From positions 1 to 53,864 of the forward strand of contig PWZA01000132.1 of assembly GCA_003567655.1 (NCBI GenBank): a stretch of DNA of 53,864 nt. The letters are read 5' to 3'. The notes below the pieces were generated by a model. That model made no database searches and was not told the origin of the DNA. It worked only from the letters and a program-made list of their open reading frames with translations. Position 1 is the stretch's first letter. The number at the start of each line of letters is the position of its first letter. Shown here piece after piece: positions 48,621 through 53,864 of this stretch. The translations under genes and the position numbers were made by a program. Origin of the DNA: Dehalococcoidia bacterium. GTDB taxonomy: Bacteria > Chloroflexota > Dehalococcoidia > GIF9 > AB-539-J10.

Positions 48621-48930
48621 TGTTCCGATACGATCGGAAGGACTGGCAGTGATGCACTGATGCTACGCTAGTCCCCACCCCTCTGAGATTGCCGCGCTGC
48701 GCTCGCAATGACACCGCCTTATTTGTAAGTGCGAGGAGCCTACATACCCTGTCTTTGCGAGGAGTCCCGATGCAATCGGGACGACGAAGCAATCTTTAGG
48801 CCACAAACAACAGACCGCCTCGTCCTGGTTGTCCCGATACGATCAAGAGGACTCGCGATCACAGGTACATAGTGAAAGGCTGAAAGCGTCGCACCATGTC
48901 CTCTTCCCCCGGAGGGAGAGAGTTAGAGTG
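48621..48930. repeat. Composite hairpin-module repeat, copy A (left flank of hicBA)
   Basis: Aligns base-for-base with 49540..49852 at an offset of 919/918 nt. About 230 nt are nearly identical, and the last ~90 nt are more diverged. Contains GATTGCCGCGCTGCGCTCGCAATGAC (48687..48712) and three short hairpins. Confidence 0.85.
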
Positions 48931-49041
48931 AGGGGGAAAGAGCCCCGGCACATCTGCGAGTCGTCGGACCTGCCAGGGAAGACAGAGTCCATTTTTTTAT
49001 GTAGAATATCCATGCAGCCAGAGCGGGCTGCGAGGTGTGCT

Positions 49042-49236
49042 ATGAGATACAAAGTCAACCTTGAAAAGACCGACGAGGGGTACGCTGTTTGGTGTCCCGG
49101 GTTGGCCGGCTGCTGGTCACAGGGAGAAACTGAGGAGGAGGCACTCGACAACATAAGAGATGCTATTCAGGCCTACCTGGAAACGGTTGAGGAGTTGACC
49201 CGAGACAATGAGTCCCGCTACGTCGAAGTAGGCTAG
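49042..49236 (+). CDS. hicB: HicB-family antitoxin (UPF0150-type)
   Basis: MRYKVNLEKTDEGYAVWCPGLAGCWSQGETEEEALDNIRDAIQAYLE is the typical HicB N-terminal domain. The ORF-track extension back to 48829 reads through repeat copy A and is not credible. Confidence 0.8.
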   Translation: MRYKVNLEKTDEGYAVWCPGLAGCWSQGETEEEALDNIRDAIQAYLETVEELTRDNESRYVEVG

Positions 49237-49239
49237 AGC

Positions 49240-49452
49240 ATGCCTCGAATACCGGGTGTAAATCACCAGCAAGCGGTCAAGGTCTTTGAGAGCCTGGGGT
49301 TCTGGATCGCACGTCAGGGTAAGCATATCACAATGACCGACGGCAAGCGGGTGATCACTATTCCGCGAGCCAATCCCATAAACGCCTTCACGATGGCCGG
49401 AATCGTAAGGGATGCCGGGCTTAGTATCGAGGAGTTCAGACAGCGCCTGTAG
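49240..49452 (+). CDS. hicA: HicA-family mRNA interferase toxin
   Basis: 70 aa. VNHQQAVKVFESLGFWIARQGKHITMTDGKRVITIPRANPINAFTMAGIVRDAGLSIEEF matches the YcfA/HicA dsRBD-like fold pattern. Starts 3 nt after the hicB stop. Confidence 0.85.
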   Translation: MPRIPGVNHQQAVKVFESLGFWIARQGKHITMTDGKRVITIPRANPINAFTMAGIVRDAGLSIEEFRQRL

Positions 49453-49539
49453 AGGTATCCCGGGCCTCAGGGCTGCTGCACAGTACTCACCATTACGCCT
49501 GGCACATCGTCTCAACATCGGCCCTCATGACATCCCGAT

Positions 49540-49852
49540 TGTCCCGATACGATCGGGAGGACTGGCAGTGACGCACTGATGCTACGCTAGTCCCCACCCC
49601 TCTGAGATTGCCGCGCTGCGCTCGCAATGACACCGCCTATTTGCAAGTGCGAGGAGCCTACATACCCTGTCTTTGCGAGGAGTCCCGATGCAATCGGGAC
49701 GACGAAGCAATCTTCTGGCCACAAACAACAGACCGCCTCGTCCTGATTGTCCCGACACGGTCGGGAGGCCTCGCAATGACAGGTGCGTAGTGAAGGGACG
49801 ACGGCGGCATACCCCGTCCCCTCTACCCCGGAGGAAGAGAGCCAGAGCGATG
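49540..49852. repeat. Composite hairpin-module repeat, copy B (right flank of hicBA)
   Basis: Direct repeat of 48621..48930. Contains GATTGCCGCGCTGCGCTCGCAATGAC (49606..49631) and the hairpins TCCCGAT-acg-ATCGGGA, GTCCCGAT-gca-ATCGGGAC and TCCCGAC-acg-GTCGGGA. Confidence 0.85.
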
Positions 49853-50045
49853 AGGTGTCCACGAATACCGGCTGCCGGTACTTACCTGCCATTACAGATG
49901 GGTGATTGACGTTAAATATAGTCATCCCTATACTGGTAACTTGCTGGATAAGAACAAACCCGCAGAGGCTGGTTGTAGCGTCAGTCACCATTGCGGTGCC
50001 CCGCGGGGATATCCAGACTCAGGAATAGGAAAGGCGAATCAGCCG

Positions 50046-50579
50046 GTGAGATTAGGTAAGAAAGCGTGGGTCATCATAGGAATTGTGGTTCTGGCCATAG
50101 CGCTCGGCTTCATGGTCTCGCTCTATTCTCAGACAAGTGCAGAGCACAGACAACTCACCGACAGACTGGACAGGGCTCAGACGGATCTTCCCCGGCTACG
50201 AGCGGAGAAGACAGACCTGGAGAGCCAACTAGCGCAGGCTACATCATCACTGGACAGGAGCCGGGCCAAGTTCCCTCAGGCCATAGAAAGCGTTGAATAC
50301 GGTGAGGACTTGTGCAGGACTGCGGTAGAGCACGGTCTAAGGATAGTCGACTTCGACACACGGAGGCCGACCGACAGGCCGGTGGGCGACATATCTTATA
50401 TAGTTGCCTCATTCGATATAGTTGTATCCGGTACCGTGAGCAATATACTTGACTTTCTGGACGCATTGAGAACGGGCACGGATTTTCAGGATCCGTGGAG
50501 TGCCCAACTAAGGGAGGTCAAGCTTGACTACCGTGAGTCGGAAGTAACCATAGCGCTGGATATCTACGGCTACAAGTGA
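50046..50579 (+). CDS. PilO-like pilus assembly protein (TM, coiled coil, alpha/beta domain)
   Basis: From GTG 50046: VRLGKKAWVIIGIVVLAIALGFMV transmembrane helix, a coiled-coil stretch (RQLTDRLDRAQTDLPRLRAEKTDLESQLAQA), and a small C-terminal domain. The ORF-track start 49902 would add a non-hydrophobic, Cys/His-rich leader. Confidence 0.45.
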   Translation: MRLGKKAWVIIGIVVLAIALGFMVSLYSQTSAEHRQLTDRLDRAQTDLPRLRAEKTDLESQLAQATSSLDRSRAKFPQAIESVEYGEDLCRTAVEHGLRIVDFDTRRPTDRPVGDISYIVASFDIVVSGTVSNILDFLDALRTGTDFQDPWSAQLREVKLDYRESEVTIALDIYGYK

Positions 50580-50588
50580 TAGGAAGAA

Positions 50589-52025
50589 ATGGCGAAGAAA
50601 GCTACGACATTGTTTATCAGGGACAACAGCATCAACCTGCTCGTGATGAAGGGCAGGCAGATAGACAAATGGGCCAGTACATCGCTCGAGCCGGGGCTGG
50701 TCAGCCAGGGGCTGATCGTGGACGAGGACGGGGTGGCGGAGCTGGTCAGGCAGTTGTTCCGGCAGGAGAAGGTCTCCACGGACAGGGTCATCACCGCGCT
50801 CAGCGGGCACGATTCTCTGTACCGGATCATCACCCTGCCCGATGTGCCCGACGCTGTGCTACCCGAGGCCGTGAGGCGCGAGGCCAAACGGACGATACCG
50901 ACGCCCTTAGATGAGGTCTACGTCTCCTACCAGAGTGTCCCCTCCATGAAAGGGGAGAGACGTGTCTTCCTGGCCACATACCCCCGCAACTCGGTCGATG
51001 CCATGATCAGGACCCTGCGCAAGGCAGGTATAAAGCCTTACGTCATGGACCTGGCGCCCCTGGCTCTATGCCGTATACCCGATCTGCCGCGCTCTATAAT
51101 CATAAACGCACGGCTGGATCACCTCGAGGTAATGGTCATAGCAGACAGGCTTCCGCAGGTCATCCGCAGGTTGTCACTGCCCGGCGAGACCGAATCTTTG
51201 GAGGAAAAGCTGCCCCTCATAGCCGAGGAGTTCACCAGGACCTTCACGTTCTATAACTCGAGCCACATGGAGAACCCTCTCGACTCCACCGTGCCCGTGT
51301 TCGTCTGTGGTGACCTGGCGGAGGCGCCGGACACCTGGGAATCGCTGGTTGCCGAACAGGGCAATTCCGTGGCGGCGCTGCCGCCCCCTATCGCAGAAGT
51401 TCCCGAGGGCTTCGATCCCGACCAGTTTATGGTCAATATCGGTCTCGCCCTCAAGGAGCTGCTGACGGACAAGGAGGGCGCCGAGTTCTCCGTCATCAAC
51501 TTCAACGCCCTGCCCGAGACCTACCTGCCCAAGCATTTCTCAGTCGCCAGGGTCGTCATCCCCGTCGGTATAGTCATCGGCATTGCCGCCGTCGTGTTCG
51601 GGGCCGTTCTCGTCCTGCATACCAGGGCCCAGATCGATGACTTGCGCCCCCGGGTTGAGACCGAGGAGGGGCACGTCGTTCAGTACCAGAGGGACATAGC
51701 CTCTCTGAGGGGAGAAATCGGACCGATGGACGACACCGCCAGGGCCCTCGATAGCAGGATCAGTGCCATGGAGATGAGGCGAGCCGAGATCGCCATTGAC
51801 CTGCGCGAAATCCACAGATTGGCGCATGCCATCACTCCATTGAGCTTGACCGAAGTTGTTCACAGGGTTGACAGGGTAATCGTTGAGGGTAGAGCCACAG
51901 ACTGTACTTACATCTATGACTATGCCCGGGAACTGAGGAACAGCGGGAGATTCTCAGCAATTCGCATTCACTCTTTCGACCGTGACAACCGTCAGTACGA
52001 CTTTGAGTTAGACCTGAGCAAGTAG
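50589..52025 (+). CDS. pilM: PilM (actin-like ATPase fold) fused to a PilN-like transmembrane/coiled-coil module
   Basis: The N-terminal ~330 aa are PilM-like (SINLLVMKG..., LPDVPDAVLPEAVRREAKRTIP, AGIKPYVMDLAPLAL). Then comes a transmembrane helix (VVIPVGIVIGIAAVVFGAVLVL) and a coiled-coil/fimbrial-assembly-like C-terminus. Confidence 0.75.
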   Translation: MAKKATTLFIRDNSINLLVMKGRQIDKWASTSLEPGLVSQGLIVDEDGVAELVRQLFRQEKVSTDRVITALSGHDSLYRIITLPDVPDAVLPEAVRREAKRTIPTPLDEVYVSYQSVPSMKGERRVFLATYPRNSVDAMIRTLRKAGIKPYVMDLAPLALCRIPDLPRSIIINARLDHLEVMVIADRLPQVIRRLSLPGETESLEEKLPLIAEEFTRTFTFYNSSHMENPLDSTVPVFVCGDLAEAPDTWESLVAEQGNSVAALPPPIAEVPEGFDPDQFMVNIGLALKELLTDKEGAEFSVINFNALPETYLPKHFSVARVVIPVGIVIGIAAVVFGAVLVLHTRAQIDDLRPRVETEEGHVVQYQRDIASLRGEIGPMDDTARALDSRISAMEMRRAEIAIDLREIHRLAHAITPLSLTEVVHRVDRVIVEGRATDCTYIYDYARELRNSGRFSAIRIHSFDRDNRQYDFELDLSK

Positions 52026-52037
52026 GAGGGGAAGGAA

Positions 52038-53117
52038 ATGGACGTTTTCAAGTTGCTTAAAGAGGCCAAGACAAGGCTTGCCAGCGATCTGCACATGGTC
52101 GTCGGCAGCCCGGCGTCGTACCGCATCAACGGCTCTCTGGAACCGGCCAACGGCGTTACTCCGCTTACGGCCGAGGATGTCAACGAGGCCTTTCTGCAGA
52201 TAACCACCCCTGAGGAGAGGGAGCACTTCCACCGTCACCTGGAGCTCGACTTCGGTTATACCATGCCCGATGTCGGCCGCCTGCGCTGTAACGCCGCGCA
52301 GCAACGCGGCTCCATCAGCCTGGCAGTGCGTTTGCTGCCCCCGAGAATACCGACCATCGATGAACTGGGGCTCCCCGAGATATGCAAACAGCTGGCGGTC
52401 AGGCCGAGGGGACTGCTGCTGGTCACCGGGCCTACAGGGAGCGGAAAGAGCACGACCCTGGCCGCCATGATTAACTACCTGAACAACAACGAGACCCGCC
52501 ATGTGGTCACCGTGGAAGACCCCATCGAATATGTCTACCCCAGCATCAAGTGTGCTATCACCCAGCGCCAGCTGGGCACCGATACCCTTTCCTTTGCCAA
52601 TGCCCTTAAGCACATTCTGAGGCAGGACCCGGACGCCATCCTGCTGGGCGAGATGCGCGACCCTGATACCGCCGACGCCGTTCTGACGCTGGCCGAGACC
52701 GGCCACTTCATAATGACCACAGGTCACGCTCCCAGTGCCACACAGGCCATGGAGAGGATCATCGACCTGTTCCCGCCCCATCAGCGGCACCTGGCCCAGA
52801 CAAGGCTCGCCTCTCTGCTGGTCGGTGTGCTCTGCCAGGTGCTTGTGCCCCGCGCAGACGGCTCGGGAAGGATAGCCGCCATCGAGATCATGCTCGCCAA
52901 TCCTCCGGTACGGGCATTAATCCGCGAGGGGAAGATCTACCAGTTGCCCAACGTCATACGCACCCACCGGGAGATAGGGATGATCTCTCTCGACGAAGCC
53001 CTGGTCGCGCTATACCTCAAGGGCACTATCAGCGGCGAGAGCGTACTCGACTACTGCAACGACCGCAAGGAAGTGGAGAAGCTCATTGGCAAGGTGGGCG
53101 TCAACGGCGGCACATAA
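52038..53117 (+). CDS. pilT: Type IV pilus retraction ATPase PilT
   Basis: 359 aa. ASDLHMVVGSPASYRINGSL, Walker A GPTGSGKSTT, TVEDPIEY, ILLGEMRD and GHFIMTTGHA motifs. GGAGGGGAAGG ribosome-binding site. Confidence 0.92.
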   Translation: MDVFKLLKEAKTRLASDLHMVVGSPASYRINGSLEPANGVTPLTAEDVNEAFLQITTPEEREHFHRHLELDFGYTMPDVGRLRCNAAQQRGSISLAVRLLPPRIPTIDELGLPEICKQLAVRPRGLLLVTGPTGSGKSTTLAAMINYLNNNETRHVVTVEDPIEYVYPSIKCAITQRQLGTDTLSFANALKHILRQDPDAILLGEMRDPDTADAVLTLAETGHFIMTTGHAPSATQAMERIIDLFPPHQRHLAQTRLASLLVGVLCQVLVPRADGSGRIAAIEIMLANPPVRALIREGKIYQLPNVIRTHREIGMISLDEALVALYLKGTISGESVLDYCNDRKEVEKLIGKVGVNGGT

Positions 53118-53190
53118 GGCCGGCGTCGCCCGCGCCCGATCATCGCCCTGTCATTCACCTGCCATTCACCTGTCATTGCGCACCCTCTGT

Positions 53191-53396
53191 GTCATTGCGA
53201 GCGCAGCGCGGCAATCCGGTTCCCCGCCCAAGAGATTGCTTCAGCTGACATGGTCAGCCTCGCAAAGACAAGAAGGGGGTGTCATTGCGAGCGCAGCGCG
53301 GCAATCCGGTTCCCCGCCCAAGAGATTGCTTCAGCTGACATGGTCAGCCTCGCAAACACAAGAAGGGGGTGTCATTGCGAGCGTAGCGCGGCAATC
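53191..53396. repeat. Tandem array of 90-bp repeat units (2 full units plus a 26-nt partial)
   Basis: Units start at 53191, 53281 and 53371, an exact 90-nt period, with one mismatch between the full units. Unit sequence: GTCATTGCGAGCGCAGCGCGGCAATC-CGGTTCCCCGCCCAAGA-GATTGCTTC-AGCTGACATGGTCAGC-CTCGCAAAGACA-AGAAGGGGGT. Confidence 0.9.
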
Positions 53397-53684
53397 TCAG
53401 AGTTCATCATACAGGTCGCGCCATTCTCTGTTCATACCGTTGATCAGTTCGATCTTCCTCTGTCTCGACCCGGCCTTTATCTGCTTCTCTCTTAGAATGG
53501 CACCTTCCACGTCCTGACAGACCTCATAGTACACGAGCTTGACGACGTTGTACTTCTTTGTAAACCCCTCGACAAGCTTCTCCTTGTGTTCGTAGACCCT
53601 CTTGATGAGATCCCCGGTCACTCCCGTGTAAAGCACGGTGTTCCTGTTGCTGGTCATTATGTACACATAGTATTGATTGGACAT
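53397..53684 (-). CDS. Small GIY-YIG nuclease-superfamily protein (UPF0213/COG2827-like)
   Basis: MSNQYYVYIMTSNRNTVLYTGVTGDLIKRVYEHK (GIY...YIG block) and REKQIKAGSRQRKIELI. I prefer ATG 53684, because the ORF-track N-terminal extension reads through repeat sequence. Confidence 0.85.
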   Translation of the reverse strand: MSNQYYVYIMTSNRNTVLYTGVTGDLIKRVYEHKEKLVEGFTKKYNVVKLVYYEVCQDVEGAILREKQIKAGSRQRKIELINGMNREWRDLYDEL

Positions 53685-53703
53685 GGCCGGCAGTATATCA
53701 CGG

Positions 53704-53864
53704 GATTGCTTCGTCGTCCCGACAGGTCGGGACTGCTCGCAAAGACAAGAAGGGGGTGTCATTGCGAGCGCAGCGCGGCAATCCGGTTCCCCACCCAAGA
53801 GATTGCTTCAGCTGACATGGTCAGCCTCGCAAAGACAAGAAGGGGGTGTCATTGCGAGCGCAGC
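53704..53864. repeat. Hairpin module plus a further 90-bp repeat array (continues past the window end)
   Basis: Variant module GATTGCTTC-GTCGTCCCGACAGGTCGGGACTG-CTCGCAAAGACA (53704..53747). Then 90-nt units start at 53758 and 53848, the latter truncated by the window. They have the same orientation as 53191..53396. Confidence 0.9.

Noticed and set aside
48829-49041. The N-terminal 71 residues of the 135-aa ORF containing HicB. Short ORFs at 48595..48792, 49582..49776, 49587..49991, 49608..49790 and 49673..49909 raise the same question.
   Set aside because: They translate repeat copies A and B, including peptides of the ...DCIGTPRKDRVC... type. The HicB homology starts only at MRYKVNLEK (49042).
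53086-53517. A 143-aa ORF reading through the 90-bp repeats, giving 30-aa repeats VIASAARQSGSPPKRLLQLTWSASQ.QEGG.
   Set aside because: It is generated by the tandem DNA repeat, overlaps the 3' end of the GIY-YIG gene on the other strand, and has no start context. The same repeat occurs in both orientations elsewhere, which argues against a protein-coding constraint.
53191-53864. The possibility that the regularly spaced repeats form a CRISPR array.
   Set aside because: The units abut each other head-to-tail with an exact 90-nt period and no unique spacers. No cas genes or leader were seen.

Overview
This is a chromosomal, mostly housekeeping segment of a moderately GC-rich bacterium. By inference, the gene content fits a monoderm Chloroflexota/Dehalococcoidia-like organism: a bacterial Elp3 homologue, split transketolase, ETF plus acyl-CoA dehydrogenases, a secretin-less type IV pilus locus, GGAGG ribosome-binding sites and a few leaderless-looking genes. 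Gene order, 5' to 3':
- 1-4.1 kb: acyl-CoA synthetase (5'-truncated by the window) and two tandem acyl-CoA dehydrogenase paralogues.
- 4.3-9.3 kb: split transketolase, an ECF sigma/anti-sigma pair and a transglutaminase-like protein.
- 9.4-16.2 kb: RNase-H-fold exonuclease, a small Cys-rich protein, rph, thiC, and a tightly overlapping cinA / AdoMetDC-fold / agmatinase / M50-CBS protease operon.
- 16.3-20.2 kb: enoyl-CoA hydratase, tRNA-Lys, lepB, pyrE, tRNA-Phe/Leu/Gln, rnhA and tRNA-Asn.
- 20.2-26.9 kb: etfBA, coaX, coaBC and valS.
- 27-32.3 kb: an accessory-looking block (unknown protein, HAD hydrolase, radical SAM, five small membrane or zinc-ribbon proteins).
- 32.4-41.6 kb: a divergent Elp3 / Trm9-like methyltransferase pair, a 1005-aa membrane GAF-GGDEF-HD-GYP protein, a GH3-like protein, two small DNA-binding proteins and an orphan NarL-type regulator with an atypical receiver.
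- 41.7-53.1 kb: a type IV pilus locus (pilB, pilC, two prepilins, PilX-like, PilO-like, PilM-N fusion, pilT).

No rRNA, CRISPR array, transposase or integrase was seen. The most unusual content:
- A modular hairpin-containing repeat family. It brackets a hicBA cassette inserted inside the pilus operon, and it forms exact-period 90-bp tandem arrays on both sides of a small GIY-YIG nuclease gene at the window end.
- A PilB ATPase with two tandem degenerate Mrr/PD-(D/E)xK-like N-terminal domains, behind a long promoter-proximal untranslated region.
- The Elp3-Trm9-like pair, which suggests an archaeal/eukaryote-type U34 modification route in a bacterium.

All calls come from reading the sequence and ORF translations. 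No database search was run.
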